Shown one piece after another: positions 48,601 through 61,422 of a stretch of 64,000 nt of DNA (positions are counted from its first letter, which is position 1; every line of letters begins with the position of its first letter). Made by a program: the position numbers and the translations under genes. The stretch comes from Takakia lepidozioides (Eukaryota > Plantae > Bryophyta). The notes beneath the pieces are model-generated. The model did not search any database. It saw only the letters and a program-made list of their open reading frames with translations, and had not been told where the DNA came from. Location: contig CM060731.1 in NCBI GenBank assembly GCA_030704615.1, positions 52,824,001 to 52,888,000 on the forward strand. The letters run 5' to 3'.

Positions 48601-51600
48601 TGAAGGGTTTATTATGTTTTGAGAGAACACCCATGATAAATTCTCTCCCTCTGCCCACATTTGTCCATAGTGTGAGCTGCATAACCAAGGTTGACTTCGC
48701 TGCTTTCTGAGGAAGAGGTTTCATTCTGCAGACAGAAATGACAACAGCTGAAAGGGAGCTCGACCAAAACACCAATTTTGATTGGAATAGAATTCAAGAG
48801 AAAGGGAGGGATTTGGAGCCACTCTTTGGCCCTGGATACACAGGGCTTGCTAATCTTGGAAACAGGTAAAGAGTTGATAGGTCTTTTACAAATGTTCTTT
48901 TATTCTAGTGGCTATCTTTCACCCTTTATAGGTTGTATGCTGGCACTCTTGCACTTCTCTTGCGCAGGTATTGTGAAATTCTGTTAGTCTCCTCTGCATG
49001 TCCCAAGCATGTGATGGAGACGTACAAAAAGACTTTCCCTTTTCAGGGAGGTCCAATTAGTTGGACAATTAACTGTTCAGGCAAGCTTGTGCAGTTGCTA
49101 CAAGATAGGTTGTACCTACCTTTAAAAGGCTGAGGGGCTCACTTCCAGAAAATGAGGATGGGGCTTATAGGTTGCTTGTTGGATGTACCTGGAGTGTGCT
49201 CTTTCCAGATTTCTGTGACGGTCTTTTTATACAGGATCTGCGGGTTGCTGATTAGCATGTTGGATTAGTGCTTAGCCCCCAATTTATCCTTGATACTGTA
49301 AGTGATAAGAGTATTTTCAAGTACTGCATGTGTGGTTAATAACCAGGAGAGTATTCTGGCATTGTGCATTTCAAGCTCATAAAGGTGGGTTGAATGTGGG
49401 ATTTTGTATGGGGTATGCAGTTGCTACCTTGCATCTGTCATGCAAGCCATCTTTGCCACTGAGGACTTTCAACGCCAGTGAGTGTCTTAGCCTCTTGGAC
49501 CTTCTGCAAGTTGTCGCTGTTGACTTATCTATGTCTGCTTAAAAGTGATTTCTAACTGACTGCAGTGCAAAATGCTTTTCCATCATGGATTTACTTCCAT
49601 TCTTTCGAGGAATTCTGTAGGCTTGTGCATTCAGGTTAAGGCAATGGCATGGAAAACTCGTGCTGAGGTTCCTATACTCCTGTCAGAAACTTGAAATCAA
49701 TCACCCCCTCTGGAAACCAACCTGAGCACCCAAATGCCCTAGTCAGCCCTGATCCTCCTGTTGTCCTTGGTCCTGATATAGGTTTAGTTCAAATGTTCTG
49801 TGAATCTATCCATCCATTAAAACACACTGTAAGATCTGTTAACATGATGCTCTGCAATGACACTTGCTTTTGATGGCTATGCAGTGGTTGACAGAGGCAG
49901 TTTGACGTTTATAGTGCACTGCCACTGCATCATGTGGGTGTTCCATTACATGTGGGATTAGTAAACTTGTCTTCTGGAAGCTGGTCATCTTGTTAGAATA
50001 TAGGTTTCCAGTAGTGATACTGAACATTGTATCTTCTTGTGTTGTTCTGGTGTGTGGGTGCCTAGTTACTTCAAAAATCTCATGTTGGACGACGCATTCA
50101 GGCGTGCTCCTGCAGATCCTACGTTGGATTTGGACATGCAGCTGTACATTCCTGCAACTTTACTTTTGTACCTGCTGCTTATGTTGTTGAACAGGGTCCA
50201 TCTTAATGCTTGTCCTTTTGCATTACTTTCACTTTCATTTTCCTGTTAGTTGTTTGTTAGCTGGCATGGCTTGCCTGTGGCTTTTAATGGCATGACATGT
50301 ACCTTCTTGGAGCCGGTCATGCACATTGTACCATACTCCTTACCTTTAGGCTTTTCTTTTCCTGCTTCTACTTGTTGATTATTGTTCCATTCAGTGAATA
50401 GATTTCCAGATTCATTAAATGAAAGGCTAATTTCTCTTTACTTTCTCAATTGCCAGGGCAAAGTTGGCACACGGACTGCTGTCTGGAAAGTATGCTGTTC
50501 CCTCACAAAAGGTATTGAGTTCAAAATTCCTTTTCCCCAGTGGAATTTTTCTTGGTTGGTTTTCCATCACTTGTTAGCTGACTGTCTCACATGTCATGTT
50601 GATTCCATCTTGATTAGAGCGGTGTGTGGGTATCCTTTAGTGATTGTTGATGCCCCTTACATTTCTTCCCCTTCCGAGTCACACCTTTTGGTAAGTCATT
50701 CTCAGATTTAGGTGGAAAAGCATAGCGTACTTTCGATGTTATTCGCCCTACCTGAGATCAAATGTTGATGATTTGTGTACCTTCAAATTTGTGACAGACA
50801 GCTGAAAACGATACAACTGACGACAGAAAAGGGCAATTTGTACGTTCCAGTTTCATTCAATTTGAGGACTTCCCTTCATCTGGCTGGTTTCTTTGAGTAG
50901 ATTGGTGACATTCTTGTGCATTCAACAGATTCTGGTGCAATCATCTCCTCTTATTTTTACTTACCTCGCTCAAGTGTTGCAGGCCTGTCCATCTTTATCA
51001 GTTTGGGTTGACTATCCTTCCAGTTGTCATTAAAGCTAAACCTCTATTACATTTTCTATGTTGCCATCTTGTTCATCTTCCTTGTCCTCACTCCTTTCCT
51101 AGTAAATGATAGAGAGATGGTGAGCACACGAGGGTTTAGTGAATGGATGGCTTGGGATTGCATGTGTTTTGCAGGGACAAGATGGCATCCCTCCACGCAT
51201 GTTCAAGTTTTTGATTGGTTCTGGGCATCCTGAATTTGCAACCTCCAGGCAACAGGTCCGGTTCCACATGTGACCTCCGACTTCAAACCTAGATTTATAT
51301 CCAATATCGGTCATTTGTGGGGAGAGCAGGAAATAGGCTTACCCTGCTAGCAGAGGGACACAGGTTTGCAGATGCAAAAGGACAGAAAGGTTGGGGAAGA
51401 GGGAGGGAGGTGGTGGAAAAGAAGGGAAAGTTTGTTATCATTTTCTAATTTTGTTCAAAATTTTAGGGGATCAGGGGGAGGAACTAACTGCCTTAGGGAT
51501 TACTTAGGCAGACAAGTGTCTCATTGCATGAGTACCGATGATGCCAGGATGCACTCGAGTTTTTCCAGCATTTTGTGGACCAAGTGGAGCGTACTCATAA

Positions 51601-54600
51601 CACCAATGCTAGGGAGGACCCATCGCGATGCTTCAAGTTCTGTGTCAAGGAGAGAATCATGTGTTCCTCATCTGGAAAAGTCAAATACAACAGGAGGTGT
51701 GACAATGTGCTGTCACTGGGCATACCCTTGCAAGCTGCCATCAATAAAGGTGAGTAGCCAGCCAGCTTAGGGGACTGTAGATTCCTCCAACAATCTGTCT
51801 GTGAAACTCTCTCTCTCTCTCTCTCTTGTCTTATGAGGTCTTTATATGGAGGTAAGTCTTACTACCAACGTCAGCCCCTGACAGAGGTAGGTTGTCCCTT
51901 TTGTTCCCGCTCAAACTGGGCGCGGGGTCAATGGCCACAAGGCTACGGCAAACAACGTCTTATGAGTACATCTCTCTCAGATGGATCTGCCAGTGAAATA
52001 TGGTATGACAGGTAGCTGTTCTGTCTAGAGCATTTTCTATTCCACATTTCCAAGGATCAAGTTGGTATTTGTCCCTCTTCAAGCTGATGTTAGATGGCTG
52101 AAGAGTCGCTGAGTGTCTCTGAATGTTACAGATGAAATGGCTGCGTACACAAGAAGGAAAGCAGAGAAGGAGCTCACTGGAGAGAAGCTGTAAGTAGCTT
52201 TATGAACTATCTCAAATGAATCAAAGTGTTCAATTTCATCAGCTTCAGGTTTGTATTGCACCTCTCAGTATGCTTCAAAGGGTTCACCTGATGGATACTT
52301 TGTGATATACGCAGTTCCTTTTGAACAGGTTTAGTGGAGTCAAAGTAGCCAGTGCAGAGTTTTGATGGCCAGCTCGATATACATTCTTCTTTACTCTTGT
52401 CCCTTGTTACTACCGTGCAATGAATTTGTAACTGGTCATTATGAATTCTGGCACATTTTGTAACTGGGCAGCATAAACTCACCCTTAACTCTGTAGTTCT
52501 AGAAGATTGGTCCGAGGATGAAGCAAAAATTCTGCAATTCTGACAAGTGAAATCACTTTGAGGATATTTTATCACATTCTCTACGGAGACTTCTGATGGG
52601 CCCTCTCTTCTTCTGGTCCTAAAACAGTCTGACCTAAGTCATGAAGTTCTGTCTGAGATGTCAGTTTGCGTTGTTTGATAGATATTTGTGAGCTGCTACA
52701 TTCATAGTGAAGTGAACTGTCCAGATTCCCCCCTCCCCTTTTATTGAAGTAGTGCGTTGATGGATTGTGGGACATTTTTACAAAGGGACAGAGCCACAAG
52801 ATGTGGCTGCTAGAGTACAGTGTACATCAATACTATGCAGGTCCAAGTTTGTGTCCGTGAAGCTTTCATTTGACTTGAACAGGACTGAAGAAGAGATAGT
52901 TCGTCCTCGAGTTCCGCTAGCAGCATGCTTAGAGAGCTTTTATGCAGCTGAAGAAGTTCACGATTTCTACAGCAGTGCCATCAAGGGCAGGACAACAGCA
53001 ATCAAGTAAACTCCTACGTTCTTTGCTTGGAGTAAAATAATAATCTTTTAAGCTTCAAAGATTGGACTGTATGTGCTCTATGTAGAAAGACATCTGAGAT
53101 GTCACCATTTTGCAGACCTTTCCTCTGTAGGTCTCACTCCTGACATCTCTAAAGGTATAGTGTGATGACAAGTATGTCTGAGCATGCTGGCCACTGTTAT
53201 TACTGTGATAGTGCCGTTGTATGGAATGCAATCCCATGTGCCAAGGAATGCTCCCTACTCTTTTCATACATCTTAATTTCTAGAATCTGCAGAAGTTAAA
53301 AGTTCCAAAGGCAGCCATAACTCTGTAGTTTTGGAAACCAGCAGATTGCTGACTTTGCTTTCACGAGACTGCATCAGCAAAAACAACCATAGGATTTTCA
53401 TGTGCCATCATAGAGGTTACAAGTGACGATTATAGTGAAAATTTAAGGCTGACACTGTTGTGTGGCCACTGGGGCTTATCTTGGCAGGACCACAAGATTG
53501 ACTACATTTCCAGATTATTTGGTCATCCACATGAAAAAGTTTATTCTGGATGCTGGTTGGGTTCCCAAAAAATTGGGTATGACCTTTCTTCAACCTGGCA
53601 CCGAAGACATTACAATGAAGTTTGTCTTATAGTTGCTCTAGGCACATAGCAGCCTACATCCTTGGACACTGTTTTTTGTCAGGCTCTACAAACGTGAAAG
53701 TGTATCATGTTACCTATGTTAGGATGGAAGAAAGGAGCATCTAGAAAAGATCTAGAAAGAACGTAGGCAGACTTAACCATTGTCGAGGATCGTCTTTTTA
53801 AGAATCTCTTTCCCCCTTGGTCACAAGGTTACGGCAAACGTTTTATGGGTACATTCTTTTCCCCTTGGTCGAGTTTGTTCTTATGTTATGCACCAAGGGT
53901 CTTTGGGATGGACAGATGTGTTTGTGGATGCGCCCGATGAAATTGACATCAGCTACATGCGAAGCAAAGGCCCTGAACCCCATGAACAGCTCTTGCCTGA
54001 CACCCCAGGTTTCTTTCTGCCTGGTTTCTTTTTGAGCTCGTTGTATACCAGCTTCTTAGCTGCTCTTGACAAGAAGTTGGAGTACTGAATATCTGAAGGG
54101 CCTTCTACTAGGGAGGATGCCTGACCTTCAAGCTAAGGACTATATACCTCTGAACTACATGAAAGTTCCCTTTTACTGTTAAATTGTGAGGCTCTGTATT
54201 GAAAGTGTTTGAAATTTGTGGCCTGTGTTTGTGAACATGTTTTTGTTAAGGAATTGTGAGGTACAAGCAACCTTCTCTACATGCTGGTTGATTGAATGTT
54301 CTTGAGAACTTCTAGGTTGTGGCATTCAGAAGTCATACCCACCTGTTGGCGGCCGGTGCCAGTTCACATGTCTAGGTCTTGTCATTCAAGAGCATCATTT
54401 ACATGTCTCCACTTTGAGCGGTATGAAGACGGCATGGACAGCTTTCAATCTTTAGGTCAATTCCTTCAATCCCAGTAGTTGTCATGTATGAATTTGCCAT
54501 CAAACTCATTTGAATCAATTCATGGGATGTCTACAGAGGGGCTTTCCGCAGAGCAAGCAGGCCCAGCAGCAGATGAGGCAATCGTAGCGCAGCTTGCAGA

Positions 54601-56222
54601 CATGGGATTCCCAAGGCTTCGATGTGAGAAGGCTGCTATTCAGACTTCAAATACAGGACTCGAGGAGGCCATGAATTGGCTCCTAGCACATATGGATGAT
54701 TCAGGTGAATATTCGTCGTTGTTTGGTGCATACCAGTGTTGAGTACTCGGGTACTTTCAAGTACTATAGGTCAAATTCTTGTCTTATGAGCTTCCAGTGC
54801 TGACAACTTGACTGCAGTTCAGATGGGGGCTTAAGAAGCTGTTTTTCTGAATTCCCCGTATACTTTAGAAGGCTGAAACTGTATTTTGGTGCTGTAGGTG
54901 AGAAGAAATATCTATTACAGTATTTTGTGTTCGTGTTATGAAAGTTGCTTCAAGATAAAGGAAACCCAGTATGTCTGCACCGTCTGTCCGGATCTGATGA
55001 AGTCAGTGGGGAACTATAAGCTCAATATTATACAGGATATAGTTGATTGTCTTGTTCCCTGGATTGACTCTCTGAGGATTAGGCAGGGTTCATTCTGGTT
55101 TCCTTCCTCTTTGTTGGTGTTTCCTTTCCTTGAGGTTGTCCTGATGCCTTCTTTTCATCTGGAATGCTCTTCTTTACCTTGGATGTGGCTACTTTTTGAA
55201 TGTGAGTTCAGAGTTTGCTAGGCTTCTCACATTGACATATGCATGTTCTTAAACTGGGATGACCTAGACCTGATGTACACTTCTTTGAAAGTGCAAGATT
55301 AGTCATGCCTCTACTGTCTATTAGGGAGGTTAGTAAAAGTAACACTAGGGGTTCTGACATAGGGTTTCCTGCGGGGTTGGCTGTGGGTAGATATTGATGT
55401 ACCCCATGTCATGGGAGGTGAGAGACAAATTTCAGATCAAGCAGCCTTAAATGAGGCTGATGTGGAGACCCTTATTTCATTTGGATTCCAGCCTGATGTG
55501 GCACGAAAAGCACTTAGAGCCACGGTGGGTCCTTCTAACTTGCAGGAGCTAATCTATCGTGAATCCCAATTACCGAAAATCCATTGATGGCTACTGTAAC
55601 CTGTGTCAGTCTCCAAATTGATTTCAGGGAGGAGATGTGGAGAGAGCAGCTGAGTGGATCTTCAGTCATCAAGAGAAGGCAACTGCCATGCATCTTGATG
55701 TGGGTACAAGCAACCATGATAATGCTGCTGAACCAAGCCTCCCGGATGGCGGAGGAAGTAAGTTACACAATCTGACAGTGGAGTGGGGTATTTTGTATTA
55801 ATAGAACTCTTAATTGTCTATATGAAGTGGTACAGGCTGTCAGCCTCAGGACACAGGGGCTACCAGTTGTGAACAACCAGCTTTAGGGATAGGCGTGAAT
55901 TCTCAAGTGAGGTTGTCAGTGTCTTTGTGTTTGGCCAACAACATCCTTTCCTCGCATTCAAGTTTAAGCTGGTATTCAACTTGACATTGGAGACTACACT
56001 GCAGTCCTGCAAAAGAGTTCTAAACAGTGATGATGTGGTGCAGGATACCAGCTTCTAGCATTTGTAAGTCATATGGGAACATCAACACAGAGTGGGCACT
56101 ATGTGGCACATGTGCGGAAAGAGGGACGCTGGGTCATTTTTAATGACTGTAAGGTGGCCCTGTCGGGTGACCCCCCCAGAGACATGGGTTATCTCTACTT
56201 TTTCCAACGTGTTTCTTCATGA
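45613..56222 (+). CDS. UBP14: Ubiquitin-specific protease 14 (USP5/IsoT orthologue), ~20 exons
   Basis: [26 protein letters not shown] start; Zn[23 protein letters not shown]; Cys box [10 protein letters not shown]|SCY; QQDALEF; two UBA domains; His box [14 protein letters not shown]; [13 protein letters not shown] (stop 56220-56222). Telo-boxes at 45506 and 45555. Confidence 0.95.
51839..51970 (+). mobile_element. 5'-truncated copy of the LINE at 166-532, in a UBP14 intron
   Basis: Nearly identical to 398-531 and inserted at a (TC)n microsatellite. Confidence 0.85.
53823..53854 (+). mobile_element. ~32-bp extreme 3' fragment of the same LINE family, in a UBP14 intron
   Basis: acaaggttacggcaaacgttttatgggtacat, flanked by a 16-bp TSD tcttt(c/t)ccccttggtc (53807-53822, 53855-53870). 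Confidence 0.75.
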
Positions 56223-56241
56223 TGGGTGTGCCTCTTAAGTG

Positions 56242-56380
56242 GACCCCTTTAAGACATCTGTATCTACTTTTTCCGAGGCATTTCCTCATGCTGGCTACAT
56301 CCCAGCGCAAAGAGGGGTGCTGGGTCACTCCAATGATTGTAAGGTGCCCATAATCAGGTGACCCCCTCAAAAGACATCTA
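56242..56380 (+). repeat. Degenerate tandem re-duplication of the UBP14 terminal coding segment in its 3' UTR
   Basis: aaagaggggtgctgggtcactccaatgattgtaaggtg...ggtgacccc and gacccc..agacat..tctactttttcc mirror 56118-56206. Confidence 0.7.
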
Positions 56381-58372
56381 TCACTGCTGTCTCTAGTGCT
56401 TTCTCTCATGGTTGCTTGCTGCATCCCAGAACTGCTCTACCTGATTTTGTTCCTACACCAAGTAGATGGAAAACTGCGTCTAGATAGGCATGATGTAGCT
56501 AGCAGACTCTTTGGTCATTATCAGTGCTGGAGGAATCCAGCTGTTCGGCATGAAGATTATTTTAGGGATCTTAAAACAGGCACTTTTCCATGAGCTTCTG
56601 GGTCATCTGTCAGCAGAACAGGTTAGGGCTGACTGTTTAGAGGACTAGGGGGAGGCAGTGCATTCTTTCACACAACCATTCTTTTCAAGTGTGATGTCAG
56701 AGGATTAGACTGTCAATTTGTAGGCAAGCACTCAGAGTCAGCTGGTAAAGAAGCCAATAATTGACACCTTGTAAACAGTTCCGCCCATGGTGGTGATCTG
56801 GCTCTCCAGCACTTCGGTGGCTTAAAGCACTTGAATGTATCTCTGTCTCTACTGACCTCCATTGGAGAAGGGGTGCAGTACTTATGAAGTTCTGTTGAGT
56901 TTAGGTGCCCTTAACAACCATTGGCACGTGAAACCCACGGCTCCATACAGAAGGCACTGATGAAGATCAGAATCTCTCCTTGTGTTGTCTCTCCATCTCT
57001 TCATCTATGTGGTGTGTTGAAGGGATCTGTTCAGTTACTGTACTGAGAACCTCCGCAACTTGCAGCAGTCAATTTTTAATAAAGTTTTCTCCAATTGGGG
57101 AGATTATCACACCCTTGACCCATTGTGCGGAAAGGCAAATGATTCAATCTGTAGGATGTCAGGGCCCATAGATGAGGTCCAATCTATTTCTAATTGTGCA
57201 GCTATGCCTATGACTAAATTCCCCGGTCTTTGTTGCTGTTGATGTAGTTAAATTTGATCATGAGGTTTGATTACGGTGTGGTTTATATATCAGACCGGAT
57301 TGTCAAAAATGAGGGAGATCTAATGGAAGTAAAGAAAACTTCCAGGGGATCGAGCTTGTCCGTGTCATTGAATCTGTGTGATAAGTTCGACGTGGCAGTT
57401 GCTTTATGCCACTATTGGGATGTGCAAAGCAAATAATCGCCCAACCGCATCATGCAAGTAAACTGGAGATACCAAACAGCTCAAATGGACTGCAAGTAGC
57501 ACTGACTCTGAAGTTGACATTGACAGAAAAACAAATGTTGTCAGTTAAGAACTTGAAGACCTACAGAAAGAGAACCATAGCGAATGTTAAAAAATTCTAC
57601 CACATCATTATGTGACTCCACCATACATCAACGTAACCAATAGCTCAAGTTGTGGCGTAACCACTCCCTTGGTCGATGAGAAATGTAATGAATGGGGCTG
57701 TGGATTGCTCACTTGCATTGACAATAGTTTTTTTCCAAAATATCTTTCTAACATCTAAAATAGTTTGACCTTTCTTTTTTCATCCCCGCATCGTTACAGA
57801 AGAAGTTAAAGATAAAAGATAAAAGAAAAAGAAGTATGCTACTCCCTATCTCATTTTTCAGCTTCCCATACATCTGGGCCTCAACTTTTCAGCACATCGT
57901 CTGCCAAGAATTTCTCTGTAATGCACATTGGTGCTGTGATTGCTGATGTACCTTCCCCAGTCATTGCCTAAATGTGAAGAGGATGCCCAGCTTTAGGGGA
58001 CAAATCTGAGGGATAAACTGAATGGAACTACCTAAATGTGATACAAGGGACTTATTGTTATAGAACTCCAGAGATAAACTTGAAGGGAACCAGGCGAAGA
58101 CCGAAACACCGGAGCAAAAGAAGAGAACCAAAGAAGAGCACAGGGGCAGATGGGTGGTGTCTCTGATTGCAGTCTTCTACATGTTGAGGGTATCGCTATC
58201 ACCTTGCACCCAATCATAAAACATTGCAGACCAGTCAATTAGCGACTTCTTAGGACTTCCATATATCCAATTGACGAGTTCAGAGCCAGTTCAATCAATG
58301 CTCGATCATGCTACAGAATCATAAAGTACAGATCTTAACATTCTGATCCAAGTACAAAAAAGTGGATCATAC

Positions 58373-58634
58373 CAAACTCTCTGGTAAAATTAACCAAGTA
58401 TGGCATAATCCGAGTGGAGGAGGGATCTGTAAACTGCAGAAGGCTTGGGATGGAATGCCGAAGTTTGTGAATCTCTGGAAGATTTCCTATGAAGGGCCTG
58501 AAAGCTGGCCCACGAATGTCTTGCTTCTTGTAGAATCTGCGTCTACTGCATGGTGTCCACCATCGCCAATATAGTATAGTGGCCACCAATAAACATAAAA
58601 TTGTGTAGACTGCTGTAATCTCCCAACTGGCCAT
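58373..58634 (-). pseudogene. Cytochrome P450 CYP72-clan first exon only
   Basis: TM anchor plus WWTP..RRFYKKQDIRGPAFRPFIGNLPE...RIMPY....REFG|gt. No downstream P450 exons recognised. Confidence 0.7.
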
Positions 58635-61422
58635 CTGACTCGATTGTTGCTTTTCCCAACGATCTGTCAATGGTTTGTGCTCTAAGTAGCTGAAAGTGCT
58701 CTAAGCAATTCTAAGTAGCTTCAAGTAAAACCCGCGGTTTCAAGGTACTACGAACCTGCTGTCTGATCTGTCCAATCGCTCCAAGCTGGCTGATCACTCT
58801 GATCTCTCCCCACGCTCACTGCTCACGTGGTACACACACGATGCCAAGTCAAGCAAGCAAGCAAGCAAGTCAAACCAGGCCTGGAGGAGGGAAAGGGTGA
58901 GAGGAAGCTCTTGAATTGCTCACTCTGATATCTCCTGTAGGCTCACTATTCCTCAAGTGGGCTTGAGGTACACAACTTAGTCATATATATACCTGCACCA
59001 CGTCCCTGCAGGGTGTAGAGGAGTCTCGAGCGGTGAGAGGAAGGCTGATGAGCAGGTCTGAAACCGCGGGGAGAGACTCCGCACTGGTGTCTAGCTTTTC
59101 ACGTGACCAATGCCTTTTCTCGATGCCTTTTCTGGATGATTGTCGTCCATCGTAGTGAGACCATGCGACAATCAACAACAACAGGCACTGCCACTGCCCG
59201 TCCTCTTCACAGGCCCTTGGCATGAAAGTGAACTGCAGGCACTGAAAAAGCTGTTCAGTAAGACGAGGCTGAAATGCCGTTGGCTAGGAACAAAAGCATG
59301 GACCGACGATACTATGCTCGACATGCCTAACAGTGAGGTTGGTATGGAACAGAGAAATATAAGAGCCACAGATACCTGTAGGTGAGGACCATGCCTCCTC
59401 AGCAAAGGAAAAAATTGTCCCTAAATTGTCGGATGCAGGTTTTGTTCTTTGATTGGTTTCAGTGCTTTAAGGCTCTTGGTCAGATTCAGATAGGTACATA
59501 AGGCAGAGGTAAGTCAAGAAGCCTTGTTACAGACATCTGAGTGAGATAGCCTTGTTACAAACAGAGCGATTCAAGGGAGATTTGAGATTTTCCCCTAGCC
59601 CTGCTGCCTTTGTGTTGCGGTGGTTCGAACATTGTAGCATTTTCTGTGCATTCATCAATGTCTGCTTATCTTTATGTCAGCCTATTATGCATTTCGGTTC
59701 AATTGTTGGGGATGAAACTTCTGTTGTGCCGAGGGTTGGACCAACAGATTATGAAGATAGGTCTACTGACTCAGAGAGCAGTGAGGTTTCTATTGGCACT
59801 GTGCATGATTGATCTAAGGAGCCCTGACTGTTGTCTGCGCACATGAAGGAAATGAAGTAATTTTTTTGACACCTTCAACTGCGATAAAAGAAGGCATACA
59901 AGCTGCCATGAGGGAACTGGGAGTCAACCACAGCTTCGAAGGGTCCCTGGAGTTGTGGACCTGTTATTGTGCAGCTCTCTGCAACTCCAGGAACAACTTG
60001 AGATCTGGCACAAGTCTGGGTCCACGACCTGAGGTAAACTCCAAAGTGAACATAAATGAAGGGCACCTCAGAGTTGGACGGATTCCAGCTAGAGATGCTA
60101 ACATCAACCGTTGAGGTACCTTGCTTCAACTGTGGTTGACAATGTCTCAGATAGATGCATCCTGTGCCCATCTGAACAGGTGTGGGGAAGGGGTAAAAGG
60201 CTTACATTATTATGCAAATCCGTCATAGCAAGCATCTCCTCAGAGACTTTACAAGACCATACAATACCATAGGACATTCTCTGTTACAGTCTCTCATTGT
60301 AGTTGTTCCTTAAATTCAGCCTCGGTTGTAACAGTGTTATGTAGATTCAGGTGTCCTGTAAGCTCTCATTGTGGTTGATCTATAGATGGGTTTACAAACT
60401 CTTCTTACCAAAAGCATCTCTTTCTCTCTCTCTCAAGTTTCATCTATCAGATATCTCTCAACTCCAAACTCAGCATTTTACATGTACTACCCCACAACTT
60501 TTATAGTTTTCAAGGATAGACAAACATATCTCACTAGATCATAATGAAGATGACCTTTGATTAACGCCCAAACGAATTTACAGAGGCTACTGCTCAACAC
60601 ATGGCCCATCAAAGGGCCAATGGATGGTTGAAGGAACCCTGAAGAAAAAGTCATCTTGGTGCCCAACAACCCAACTACCTGCGGTTCACTCAAACCTAAG
60701 TGGTACTATCCTTACAGAAGGGGAACACTACCTAATTCCCACTTTCCAACACTCTTCAATCGTAACAGGTAGTTGATCAGGAGTGAACATCTGAAATAAG
60801 GATGAGGAAGAAGTGAGTTGAGGATCAAAAGGAACCACATGAAAGTTTGTCACAAGGACATTGACTGTACAGGGCCCTAACTGTATCTGACAAAACTATT
60901 TCGGCGATACTTGAACAGTCTCTAGAGGCGCCCTCTGCACTGTCCAAAGATACTGTGGACCCGCAGGTCTACCTGTCAATATTGCATCGCAGCACTTGTT
61001 GCTCCACAGTAGGTTGCGAAACTTGCTTAGATGGGCTGTTGAATGATTCTCATGAACCAAGTAGAAGCAAAGAACTTCCAAGCCCAAATCACGCTACCAG
61101 ATTTGTTTCTAAGCTAAGCTAATAACAAGGCTGCCCTCTTCAACCCCTCCTTGTTTACCCCTTTCGGCTCTTCTTAGCACAAGCCTTCCCTGGGATTCAG
61201 GCGCCAGATATCGCAACCCCTCAACCTCTCACCCCTTGCACTGAGACATTGACAAGCCCTTCAGTCTGCTACAACCTGTGTCGAAACCTTATTTTTAAGT
61301 AAGAGGGGCAATGCATGTTCTTGGCTGAATTTTAGGTGAGGTGCTTGCCAGTGATCTTATTTGTCACTGTAGGAGCCAAAGGAGCATAACTTATCTACTC
61401 ATTGTTGGTCCCTATGTCTCGT

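Noticed and set aside
50630-50638. U12-type donor GTATCCTTT in a UBP14 intron
   Set aside because: Not at a recognisable coding exon boundary, and no matching U12 branch point was identified.
59500-61350. Additional gene between the CYP exon and MKK3
   Set aside because: Only short ORFs and faint retroelement-like remnants; nothing supportable.
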